From a plasmid, in sequence record NZ_CP049261.1: a stretch of 64,000 nucleotides of DNA; one strand, written 5' to 3'. A program made the translations under genes and the position numbers. The notes beneath the pieces are model-generated. The model did not search any database and was not told the DNA's origin. It saw only the letters and a list, made by a program, of their open reading frames with translations. This document shows positions 10,514 through 20,464 of this stretch, piece after piece. Every line of letters begins with the position of its first letter. The first letter of the stretch is position 1.

Positions 10514-12495
10514 TCAGCCCCTCTGCTGGCGGGTACTGAAGAATGCCAGCGCGGTTTCCAGCGCTTTCGCCTGCTCTTCAAGCGACATCGCCGCGGCCGA
10601 AACCTGCTGCACCAGCGAGGCGTTCTGCTGGGTCACGCTGTCCATCTGATTCACCGCCACGCTAATTTGATCCACGCCGCGGGTCTGTTCATCCAGCGCC
10701 CGCACGATTTCATTGATAGCCAGATGAACGCTGGTCACGGCTTCGATTATCTGTTTCATCGTTGAGCCGGTTTCATTGACCAGCGTCACACCCTGCCCGA
10801 CGCGACCGGTCGATTCTGCGATGAGTTGCGAAATTTCCTTCGCCGCGTTGGCGCTGCGGCTCGCGAGCGTGCGAACTTCACCGGCCACGACGGCGAAACC
10901 GCGCCCCTGCTCACCGGCGCGTGCCGCTTCCACGGCCGCGTTCAGCGCCAGAATGTTAGTCTGGAAGGCGATGCTGTCGATGATGCTGGTGATGTCGCTG
11001 ATTTTCTGCGAACTCTCATCCACCTGCGACATCACATGCACCACGCGATCGACCAGCGCTTCGCCCGCACCGGCGATATCTTTCGCGTGCTCCGTCAGCA
11101 CAATGGCGCGTGAAGCGCTTTCGGCGTTGTTTTTCACCGTCGCGGAAATTTCTTCCATGCTGGCCGCCGTCTCGACAATTGCCGCCGCCTGCTCCTCGGT
11201 GCGGGAGGCGAGATCGGTATTGCCTGCGGCGATTTCACTGCTGCCGGCGCGCACGGAATGACTGGCGTCGCTGATATCGCCGACAATCTCGCGCAACCGC
11301 GACTGCATGGTGCTTAACGCATAAAAGATGCTCCGGGTATCGCCCTGCTGTACCGGAATCGCGTTATTCAGGTTGCCATGCGCGACAGAGAGCGCGATTT
11401 CGGACGCCTCCAGCGGCTCACCGCCCACCGGGCGCGCCACTTTGCGGGTAAACACCAGCGCCACCACCAGGCTCACAACCGCGATGCTCAGCACCATCAG
11501 AATGAGGGCATTGATAAGCCCTGCCAGGCTTCGGCCATCACCACGCTCACCGGCGTGACCACCGCCAGCTTCCACGGCGTGCCGCTGTTGCCCACGGCAA
11601 TCGTGTTCCAGGTGATAAACGCCGGTTCGCCCAGCACCGGGTCGTCATAGCGAATCACTTCGCGGCCCGTCACAGTGCCCTTATAAGGCTTGCCGATAGT
11701 CGCTTTATCCGGCGCGGAGATCACTTTATTGTCAGCCGAGAGGAGCAGCGCATAGCCCACGCCATCCCAGGGTTTGATCGCGCCCACCATTCTTTGCAGC
11801 GTTTCGAGAGAGAAATCGGACGTCACCGAGCCCTGGAATTTGCCGTCGCGCATTATCGGGGCGGCAATCGAGGTCAGCATCACATCCACGCCGTTGTACG
11901 GGTAAATGTACGGCTCGATGATGACATCTTTCTGGCGCTGACGCGGGAGGACGTAATAGTCACCGCTGCCGGGCGTTTCATAATCCACCAGATTATGCAG
12001 CGCCGGGTTACCTGCACTGTCACGATCCACATAACGCGCATAGCGCCCTTTGGGATCCTGGCCCGCCTGCCCTGCAAACGTGGCGTCGTTGGCATCAAAC
12101 GCGTTGGGTTCAAAGGTCAGTGACATCGATAAAAAATCATCATGCGCACGCAGAAAGCTGACTAACAGCTGCTCCAGGCCTTTACGATCGTTAAGCCCGG
12201 ACTCACGCAGCGACCACGCGCTGATACCCACATCGCGCGCGGCGGTTAACGCCGAATCCAGACGACGGCTCACCTCTAAGGTTTCCGTTTGCGCAATTTG
12301 TTGCAGGTGTTTTTTCGCGACATATTCCTGCTGCGACATCGATTGCCAGAGCAGTAAACCCATCGTGATACCAAAGCCTGCGGTTATCGTGACGAAAATC
12401 GATAACAGCATGAGGGTTTTGGTCTTAAGCCTTCTTTTCGAAGGATGCTGAGCGATCATTCTCTTCTCCCGGACGCCGCCAGAAAGGCGGGACAT
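10514..12495 (-). pseudogene. methyl-accepting chemotaxis protein with periplasmic dCache_1 sensor. One frameshift near 11500-11575
   Basis: N-terminal 332 aa ORF has TM-Cache-TM. C-terminal 353 aa ORF has HAMP plus the conserved signalling domain ([40 protein letters not shown]). The two ORFs overlap 11497-11575. Confidence 0.85.
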
Positions 12496-12630
12496 ATTTA
12501 CTCACTATCGGCAACTATCCAGGAAGCCTTATGCGTACAGGCCATTAAATTTTCTTAACGCAAACGGGTCGGAATAAGCGAAACGGGGAAACGTATTACG
12601 ATCAACGAGAAGGGAAACAGACTGGATTCA

Positions 12631-12667
12631 GAAAAAAAGCGGGCCGCCTGACATCGCAGCGGCCCGT
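12631..12667 (-). terminator. rho-independent terminator after AAA+ gene
   Basis: CGGGCCGC...GCGGCCCG stem followed by 7 U (A7 on + strand). Confidence 0.55.
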
Positions 12668-12819
12668 AAACAGAATATTGGCTAAGGTGCCCCTTTTCCT
12701 GATGATGCTATCGTAGCGCCATAACCTTAAGGGAAACTTAAGGCATAAGTTAAATCTTAAATATTTACAAAGCGCGCGTTCCGCAGGCAATAAAACGATG
12801 GGCATCCGCGCCCGCACGA

Positions 12820-13590
12820 TCAGGACTCAACAAATTCCAGTTTCGCTTTTACGCGTTCAAGCGACTGAAGATAATCGATATTCTCAATAAGTTGATGTAA
12901 TTCCCGGGTTTCGCCGCCCGACGCCGCCAGCGCATCTTTAATAAAAGGCGAATGGCCGAAACGATGTAAGATCACATTTTTCTTTTGCATCCCGTTCAGC
13001 GAACAGAGTGTGATATAGCGGAAGCGTTTTTTATACGTGGCGTCATTTTTCAGTTTTTCCGTCGCCTCACAGGGCGCGGAAATAATGCAGCGGAACGGCG
13101 TCATCAGATACGGCTTAAGCAAGTTCAGTAAGCGCATTCCCGGCGACATCTCGTCGTTTTCCGGCGTGAACGCGTGCGTGCCATCCAGATACAGTATGAC
13201 CTTATACCGCCCGGCGAGCGCCACGGCGAGTGCCAGCTTTTTCTCTATCTCTTCCTCACTGGCATTCCCGGCAAACAGCGACACCATATTTATTTCAGCC
13301 AGATGGCACCCTGGCTGGATCTGCAACAGGTAACGCGAGAGATTACGGACAAAACAGGATTTGCCAACCCCTTCATTTCCCGATACCACCAGGCTGTTGG
13401 TATTACGGCATGACAGAATCGCCAGCGCCGAAAGAATTTCCGTTTCGCGATACATCACGTCAGGAATATTTCCGACCGCAAGCATAGCCATCAAATCGGT
13501 GGCGTGAATGCCGTTCTCTTCCAGCCCGGAATAAAACGCCTTCCTGTCATGTTGTGGCTCAATCGTGAACAAATTGTTAGGTGGTGTCAT
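12820..13590 (-). CDS. stand-alone Clp/Hsp100 D1-like AAA+ domain protein with degenerate Walker B (predicted pseudo-ATPase), in an AT-rich islet
   Basis: 256 aa. Walker A GNEGVGKS. Collinear with ClpB D1 ([30 protein letters not shown] vs [58 protein letters not shown] vs [27 protein letters not shown]). Walker B is ILYLDGTH in place of ILFIDELH, so the catalytic Glu is lost. It is flanked by about 550 bp of AT-rich non-coding DNA. Confidence 0.55.
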   Translation of the reverse strand: [256 protein letters not shown]

Positions 13591-14106
13591 TTTATTTTCC
13601 TTAAGCGTGTAATTACAAATGTAATAATCCCGGCCTCATTCATTACGGAATAAGGCCTTTGATCGCGCTACGCTTTTATCTTTAAGAATAATGATGGCGC
13701 CAGTGAGCAGACACGATTTATCCGACGCCAGAGCCATTTCTGCCTGCGTTTTTACGTGTCTTTTCTGCGCATTACGATGTTAAAAGCGTCCCGTTGAATA
13801 CCCCATGTAGGTTTTGCATCTCCCGTCAGGCTTGCAGGTCATCAATACCCGACGAGATTGCATCAGGAAAACTTGATAATTAAGTATCACTAAAATTTGA
13901 TTTAGCGTGAAGATAGGCAAAAATCTTAAAGCCGTCAACCGCCGAAATAATTATCGATAAATAAGTTATTCCTTATCCCGTGAATCGGCGAATTAAGATT
14001 TTCCTCAGTATTAATTCCGGAAATAAAGCGGTAATTTGTCCTGTTATTTTTTGACGCGGTTAAACACTGACGTCACCGAAATGACCGCAACCTGCCATGC
14101 GTACAC

Positions 14107-14133
14107 AGAAAAAACCCTGCCGGAGCAGGGTTT
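14107..14133 (-). terminator. rho-independent terminator after permease gene
   Basis: AACCCTGC-CGGA-GCAGGGTT hairpin followed by a U-run. Confidence 0.6.
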
Positions 14134-14160
14134 GTTGCGCAATAAGATGCAAATCGCGTA

Positions 14161-15416
14161 TCAGAACGTACTGTAAAGCAGCGCGGACACCGTGAGCAGG
14201 CCACCGGTGGCGACCATGACAGCCGTCGGGCCGCGCAGTGAACGCAGCGCATCGCGGGTGTAAATGAGGTACGTCGGGATCAGGAAAAGAAAGATGGCGG
14301 TCAGCGGTCCGCAGACTGTCTCAATCAGCGTAATCACGTCCGGGTTAAGATCCACCACGCCGAATGTCGCGATAAACATCGCGAGGAACGCGAGCGTCTT
14401 CGCCTGTTTCTTCATGCCTGCGTGCCCGGCCACCAGCGCCGTAATGGTTTCCGCAACAGGCAGGCACACGCCAAGAAACGATTTCGTCATCCCGACGATG
14501 GCAATAAAAGGCGCGATCATAAACAGCAGATCCAGGCCGCCCTGGCTTTGCATCACCGAGAGCATATTGAGGTTTTCCGCTTTCGCCCGGGCGAAGGTGG
14601 CCGGAGGGTTCGCGAGAAGGCAGCTCAGCACAAAGAACACGATGCTGAAAATGATCAGCGCATAGGCCACACGCACAACCCGCACCGACTTCATCTCGCC
14701 GCCATGACCACTCTCGCGATAATATGACGCCAGCGGCGCAATCAGCGGCGCAGAGCAGAGCGCGAAAGAGATAAGCGGCAGCGTCAGCCAGATATTTTTA
14801 AACGCCTCACCGGCGGGCTCGCCAGCCGGGATGAGCGGCATACTGAAATTCGCCAGGCTCCAGGCGGGGATCTGGATAACCGCTATCAGCAGCAGCGACA
14901 ACGCAAACGGCAGCGCCAGCGCACCCATCATACTCACCACTTTGTCACGGCCTTTACTGAGCGCCAGGAATAAAGCCGCGACGACAATAAACGCCAGCAG
15001 TGCGCGGTTCACCGGGGCGAAATGCAGACGATTAACCAGATAATCCGAGAGCGCGTTAACCAGCGAAATGGCATAGACCAGGGTGACCGGGAAATGGGCG
15101 ACGCAGAAGAAAACACGAATTGCCGTTCTCCCCTTTGCGCCGAAAAATGCGCCAAAAAGCGGTAACGTACCGTCATCGGGCTGGTTGTCGCGCATAAATA
15201 CACGGCAGATTAGCACATGCGGCACCAGCGAGAGGGAATGCCCAGCACCAGCAGCAGAAGAAAAACCAGCGGGCCGCGCGTGCCGATTTCGACAGGAAGG
15301 AACAGTGTCCCTGCGCCAACGGTGGCACCATAAACGCCCAGCATCCAGAGGGTATCTCTGAATGTCCAGCCGGTACGGGCAGGCAGGCTGCTGTCCGTAG
15401 TGGTTGATATTGTCAT
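14161..15416 (-). pseudogene. HAAAP-family amino-acid permease (SdaC/TdcC-like serine/threonine transporter). Frameshift about 60 codons in
   Basis: 68 aa ORF (15210-15416) carries the N-terminus TFRDTLWMLGVYGATVGAGTLFLP, matching SdaC [23 protein letters not shown]. The remaining 11 TM in ORF 14161-15225 are in another frame. Confidence 0.8.
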
Positions 15417-15584
15417 TGTCTCTGTTTTCAGCTTGTAGATTAAGAATGTACCGATGCCGTTTTCACAGGCCGGTTAAGGAAAAACGCACAGGGCGCAAAC
15501 AGGGGCTGAATGATATAGAAATCGGCCGCTGAATTCGAAGTTCACTGCGGATAAAACGTAAATAAACGCAACGACGCGCGTGGT

Positions 15585-15612
15585 AATAACAAAGGGGCGT
15601 CGGCCCCTTTGT
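15585..15612 (-). terminator. putative terminator after mgtA
   Basis: CAAAGGGGC-CGAC-GCCCCTTTG hairpin 12 nt past the stop. The U-tract is weak. Confidence 0.4.
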
Positions 15613-15623
15613 CACTGGTTTAC

Positions 15624-18338
15624 TCAGAACCACTGTCCAAATTTGCGGATGTACAGCCGTTTCATGCCCTGCACGACCACACAATAGGTGAAAAGAATCC
15701 CCACCAGCCACGGGAAATAGCTCAACGGCAAGGGCACCAGTCCAATCATATGGCCGAGCGGCGAGAACGGAATGGCGATGCCGACTGCCATCACGATCCC
15801 TGTGGTTATCAGCACCGGCAGCGCGGCGCGGCTCTGAATAAACGGGATTTTCCGGGTACGCAGCATATGCACCACCAGCGTCTGCGACAGCAGCCCTTCC
15901 ACAAACCACCCGGACTGAAAGAGCGACTGCGCCGCAGGCGAGTTGGCGGCAAACACAAACCACATCACCGCAAAGGTCGCCATATCGAACAGCGAGGACG
16001 TCGGCCCCATCCAGATCATAAAGCGCTTAATATTCTGCGCATCCCATTTACGCGGCTGACGCAGAAACGCCTTATCCATGCGATCCCAGGGCAGCGAGAG
16101 CTGCGAAATGTCGTACATCAGGTTCTGCACCAGCAGATGAATGGCCAGCATCGGCAGGAACGGCAGAAACGCGCTCGCCACCAGCACCGAAAAGACATTG
16201 CCGAAGTTAGAGCTGGCGGTCATGTTCAGGTATTTGATGATATTGCCGAAGGTCTCGCGCCCGGTCAGCACGCCCTGCTCCAGCACCATCAGATCTTTTT
16301 CCAGCAAAATGATATCCGATGACTCTTTGGCGATATCCGCCGCGCTGTCAACCGAAATCCCGACATCCGCATCGCGCAGCGCCGGCGCGTCGTTAATGCC
16401 GTCGCCAAGGAACCCAACCGTGTGGCCGTTATTTTGCAGCGCCCGCAGAATGCGGGATTTCTGCAATGCCGTCAGCTTCGCGAAAATCGCACAGCGTTCA
16501 ACCGCCACAGCAAGCTGCGCTTCGTCCATATCGTCAATGACATCGCCCGTCAGGATCTCGCGGCGGTCGATCCCTACCTGCTCGCAGATGCAGGCCGCCA
16601 CCAGCGGGTTATCCCCGGTCAGCACCTTCACGGTAACGCCGTGCTCATGGAGCGCTGAGATCGCCTGCGCCGCGCTCGCTTTTGGCGGATCGAGAAACGT
16701 CAGCATCCCTTCAATAATCAGCCCGTTTTCGTCCGCCACGCAGAGGGGATGATCAAGCCCGGTCTGTGGCAGTTCGCGTGTCGCCACCACCAGCACCCGG
16801 AAGCCCTGCGCGTTGTACTGGAGCGTTAAGCGCAGGTACGCGTCGCGGCGCGCCTCATCAAGCGCATACACCGTGTCGCCCTCGCGGATATGCGTCGAGA
16901 CAGAGAGCATCTCTTCAACGGCACCCTTGCAGATAAGCGTCTGCTGATGCTCGCCATACCCTTCCACCACCACAGAAACGCGGCGGCGTACAAAATCAAA
17001 CGGCAGCTCGTCAATTTTGAAATAGCCGGATTGTATCGATGGTGAAAGCGCGGCCTGCCCGGACGCCAGTACCGCCTTGTCCATCAGGTTTTGCGAGCCG
17101 CTCAGGTTGACGCTGTTCAGCCAGGCAAGTGTGAGCACATGCAGGCTGTCGCGGCCGTGGCAGTCGAGATGCTTTTCAAGAACAATCGAGTCCTGGGTGA
17201 GCGTGCCGGTTTTATCGGTACAGAGCACATCCATCGCGCCAAAATTCTGTATGGCGTTCAGGCGCTTCACAATCACCTTGCGACGGGCCATGACAATCGC
17301 CCCCTTCGCCAGATTAGAGCTGACAATCATCGGCAGCATTTCTGGCGTCAGCCCCACCGCGACGGCCAGCGCGAAAAACGTGGCGTCCAGCCAGTCGCCT
17401 TTGGTGAAGCCGTTGATGAGCAGCACCACCGGCACCATCACCAGCATAAAGCGGATCAGCAGCCAGCTGACACTGTTCACGCCTTTATCAAACGCCGTCT
17501 GGGTGCGGTTGCCGACGAGCGATTTCGCAAGCGATCCGAAATACGTTTTCGCGCCGGTCGCCACCACCACGCCGCAGGCGGTGCCGCTCGCGACATTGGT
17601 GCCCATCAGACAGATATTGCCCCGCTCCAGCAGGCTGGCGCTGTCGTCATGGATATCGTCTGCGCTTACGCCTTTCCCCTGCACATGGCCGGTGACGTCA
17701 TATTTTTCCACCGGCAGCGACTCGCCGCTCAGTATCGCCTGGCTGATAAACAGATCCCGTGAGGCAATGAGCCGTAAATCCGCCGGGATCAGATCGCCCG
17801 CCGAGAGAGTCACGATATCGCCCGGCACCAGCTCCTCGACCGGGATTTCCCGTTTCTCGCCGTCACGGTTGCTGACGGTACGGCGCAGCACGGTCGCCGT
17901 CGTGCTTACCATCGATTTCAGCGCCTGCGCGGCTTTATTGGTGCGAAACTCCTGCCAGAAGCGCAATAAGCCGCTCAGCAACACCATCGTCACAATGGTA
18001 ATAACGCCGGTCAGATCGGTCTCCTGCCCTGCGCGCAGCGGATACCAGTAATCGGTAAAGAAACTGATCAGCGCCAGCGCCATCAGCACATAGATAAACG
18101 GGTTGTTGAACGCCTGGAGCAGTTGCACCAGCGCGGGCGGCGCGTTGTCATGCGCCACGGCATTCGGGCCATAAGCGGCAAGGCGCGCCTGCGCCTCTTT
18201 TTCCAGCAGTCCTTTTTCGCTGCTTTCCAGCCGCGCTACTGTCTCTTGCGGGCGCTCTGCGGAGGCCATTTCGATGCAAAACGTCGCCGCCTGTTTTTTT
18301 GCGGCATTATTCATTTTTCTGGAATTGTACTTTGCCAT
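15624..18338 (-). CDS. mgtA: magnesium-transporting P-type ATPase
   Basis: 904 aa. P-type ATPase IIIB signatures: DKTGTLT phosphorylation site, TGDN, GDGINDAPAL. There are 10 TM. Size and order match MgtA/MgtB. Confidence 0.9.
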   Translation of the reverse strand: MAKYNSRKMNNAAKKQAATFCIEMASAERPQETVARLESSEKGLLEKEAQARLAAYGPNAVAHDNAPPALVQLLQAFNNPFIYVLMALALISFFTDYWYPLRAGQETDLTGVITIVTMVLLSGLLRFWQEFRTNKAAQALKSMVSTTATVLRRTVSNRDGEKREIPVEELVPGDIVTLSAGDLIPADLRLIASRDLFISQAILSGESLPVEKYDVTGHVQGKGVSADDIHDDSASLLERGNICLMGTNVASGTACGVVVATGAKTYFGSLAKSLVGNRTQTAFDKGVNSVSWLLIRFMLVMVPVVLLINGFTKGDWLDATFFALAVAVGLTPEMLPMIVSSNLAKGAIVMARRKVIVKRLNAIQNFGAMDVLCTDKTGTLTQDSIVLEKHLDCHGRDSLHVLTLAWLNSVNLSGSQNLMDKAVLASGQAALSPSIQSGYFKIDELPFDFVRRRVSVVVEGYGEHQQTLICKGAVEEMLSVSTHIREGDTVYALDEARRDAYLRLTLQYNAQGFRVLVVATRELPQTGLDHPLCVADENGLIIEGMLTFLDPPKASAAQAISALHEHGVTVKVLTGDNPLVAACICEQVGIDRREILTGDVIDDMDEAQLAVAVERCAIFAKLTALQKSRILRALQNNGHTVGFLGDGINDAPALRDADVGISVDSAADIAKESSDIILLEKDLMVLEQGVLTGRETFGNIIKYLNMTASSNFGNVFSVLVASAFLPFLPMLAIHLLVQNLMYDISQLSLPWDRMDKAFLRQPRKWDAQNIKRFMIWMGPTSSLFDMATFAVMWFVFAANSPAAQSLFQSGWFVEGLLSQTLVVHMLRTRKIPFIQSRAALPVLITTGIVMAVGIAIPFSPLGHMIGLVPLPLSYFPWLVGILFTYCVVVQGMKRLYIRKFGQWF

Positions 18339-18467
18339 ACCGGCACCTGTTATTCAGGGTGCAGCAAAACGCGCGGGCGTCTTACCGCAGGTTTTAAAAC
18401 GCGCACGCCATTTCACCTTTAAAAAAGTAAAGGCGTGCTAAAGCATATTGTTAAAAACAGAAAGGAA

Positions 18468-18512
18468 TTAACGCAGAGGCGGAGGGAACAGGGCTGTGTG
18501 AATAAAAAACAT
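18468..18512 (-). CDS. mgtL-like proline-rich leader peptide ORF (MFFIHTALFPPPLR) in the mgtA 5' leader
   Basis: ATG preceded by AAGGAG at -12, with three consecutive Pro codons and a TAA stop. It lies 130-175 nt upstream of the mgtA ATG. That is where enterobacterial mgtA leaders carry the Pro-sensing mgtL. Confidence 0.45.
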   Translation of the reverse strand: MFFIHTALFPPPLR

Positions 18513-18855
18513 AGGTAAGCACTCCTTAATAAAACAAGGATTAATGTCCGGGGTGCAATAAGATGAAAACGTACATTGCTGCCCGCCATGAGAGGCAAAC
18601 AGCGCAGGGATTGTCGCGAGTTTGCCCGTTAATAAATTCCGGTATCGCTGTTCAGAAGGGGAATCTCCATCAATAATTTTCCCGCAGTATAATGCGCGAC
18701 CCTGTAAAGTAAATGCCTAACGGCCTGAGGTTTACAGAGCGTTTAGATTTTTATTTCAACACGCGGCGTACTCAGTTTGAATTCACAGCGGCCTATTATT
18801 TCCGGGTTGCGTAAAATCCCATAACGCTTTTTTATTAACGACTGCCAGGTTATTT

Positions 18856-18892
18856 CATAAAAAGAAAACGGCCTTCATGAGAAATGAAGGCC
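18856..18892 (-). terminator. rho-independent terminator after roxA
   Basis: GGCCTTCAT-GAGAA-ATGAAGGCC hairpin followed by UUUUCUUUUU. Confidence 0.65.
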
Positions 18893-18905
18893 GTGCGCCA
18901 GCCGT

Positions 18906-20027
18906 TTATTCGTCAAAGAACCAGTAGCCCTGATTTATCAGCGCGGTCAGTTCCTCCATAAATGCGGGGTGATGCAGCGCGTCGCCAAGTTCATGCTGGC
19001 TGAGAGCGGTATAACGGCGCAGCGCGTCAACCGCGCGCGGGTCGGCGGTCTCATACGGCTCGCTGTTAATGAAAAAGCCGCCGTTGACGTTCAGCACCCG
19101 CAGGCCAGAGAGGCGCGTCAGCGTTTCGCCGCCCAGCAGCGCCTCGCGCACCTCTTCAGCCGTATACGGCGGTTCGGCAGGTGCAATATCCAGTTCGTGG
19201 CGCGGCGTGGTGACGAACGATCCAAACCAGCGGGTGAAATCTTCCGGCTGGTTCATCATCTCAATCATCATCTGGCGAATACGCTCAAGCTCATACGCCT
19301 CGATGCGGCCCGGATGGTCGCGGCAGGTCAGATCCGGGTCGCTGTAGTGCTCGCCGCCCAGATCGTTTTCCAGCGCGTAGTCCGCAAAGCTGCTGATTAA
19401 ATCGCGCCCGTTCGGCCCACGGAAACCGACGGAGTAGTTCAGCGCCGTTTCATGGGTGAAGCCGTCATGTGGGAATCCGGGCGGAATATAGAGGATATCG
19501 CCCGGTTCAAGATCTTCATCGATAATTGGCTCGAACGGATCGACATGCAGCAGCGCCGGATGCGGGCAGAACTGACGCATCGGCAGCTTGTCGCCCACGC
19601 GCCAGCGGCGGCGGCCCATGCCCTGAATAATAAACACGTCGTACTGATCGATATGCGGGCCGACGCCGCCGCCCGGTACGGAATACGAAATCATTAAATC
19701 GTCCAGACGCCAGTCCGGCAGCACGCGAAACGGACGCACCAGCTCGGCGGAGGGCGCGTGCCAGTGGTTCACCGCCTGCGCCAGCAGCGACCAGCCGGTT
19801 TCACCCAGCCCGTCGAAATGTTCAAACGGGCCGTGACTGGCGTGCCACTTACCGTTTTTATGGCTCACCAGGCGGCTGTCGACCTCCGGCTCCATCGCAA
19901 GCCCGGCCAGTTCGTCCGGCGTGATCGGGTCAATAAAATTCGCAAACGCCTGTTTCAGTACGACAGGTTTTTTCTGCCAGTAAGTTTCTAAAAATTCCGG
20001 CGAGTTCAGATTGAGTTGGTAAGCCAT
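18906..20027 (-). CDS. roxA: ribosomal protein uL16 Arg81 3-hydroxylase (cupin-4/JmjC family, YcfD)
   Basis: 373 aa, the same length as E. coli YcfD. It has a JmjC cupin core with the HxD...H iron triad (GVGPHIDQYDVFIIQ...PPGFPHDG). Confidence 0.8.
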   Translation of the reverse strand: MAYQLNLNSPEFLETYWQKKPVVLKQAFANFIDPITPDELAGLAMEPEVDSRLVSHKNGKWHASHGPFEHFDGLGETGWSLLAQAVNHWHAPSAELVRPFRVLPDWRLDDLMISYSVPGGGVGPHIDQYDVFIIQGMGRRRWRVGDKLPMRQFCPHPALLHVDPFEPIIDEDLEPGDILYIPPGFPHDGFTHETALNYSVGFRGPNGRDLISSFADYALENDLGGEHYSDPDLTCRDHPGRIEAYELERIRQMMIEMMNQPEDFTRWFGSFVTTPRHELDIAPAEPPYTAEEVREALLGGETLTRLSGLRVLNVNGGFFINSEPYETADPRAVDALRRYTALSQHELGDALHHPAFMEELTALINQGYWFFDE

Positions 20028-20175
20028 AGCATCACACCAGTGAAGGATTGAGGGCGCGATTATAAGAAGGCCGGGTGGTTCAGCGCCTTGTCATGGGTCA
20101 AGCGCCGACCCGCGCATTATCAATGCGCCCTGTTTTTCGCTATGATGCGTACTGCTGTTTACCGCCGGAGGGCTT

Positions 20176-20343
20176 ATGCATTATCTGCTGGAACTGATTT
20201 CCGATCTTATTTTGTACTGGCCAACCCGTAATCCGCCGCCGGAAGGAAGAAATGCCATTCCTTCGCTCAAACACAAGCCGCTGTTTCGTATGCCCGAGGG
20301 CGATCCGCTGAAAAAAGACGAGCAGCCTAAAGAGCCCGAATAA
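20176..20343 (+). CDS. hypothetical small protein (55 aa), missed by the 60-aa ORF cutoff
   Basis: ATG with GGAGGG 6 nt upstream (MHYLLELISDLILYWPTRNPPPEG...). No recognisable homology, so this is weak support. Confidence 0.25.
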   Translation: MHYLLELISDLILYWPTRNPPPEGRNAIPSLKHKPLFRMPEGDPLKKDEQPKEPE

Positions 20344-20464
20344 TCGCCTGCGCCTACGCCGCTAATTATCCCCGAAAACCCCGTTATATCGGCCCATCGC
20401 TGCCGCCTGCGCAATGTTACGCTGCGTGATAATCCAGTCATTTTAATAATTTCACGGCAGGTGA

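Noticed and set aside
15609-18051. Long ORFs antisense to mgtA (15609-16322 +, 16141-16752 +, 17077-18051 +, 17091-17762 +).
   Set aside because: Their products are low-complexity Arg/His/Ala/Ser-rich sequences typical of the antisense strand of high-GC genes. They lie entirely inside the strongly supported mgtA CDS.
18729-18747. PhoP-box-like GGTTTA-N5-CGTTTA as the mgtA promoter element.
   Set aside because: It is oriented opposite to mgtA and faces the 3' end of roxA. The second half-site starts with C. It is kept only as a note inside the mgtA-leader finding, not as a feature.
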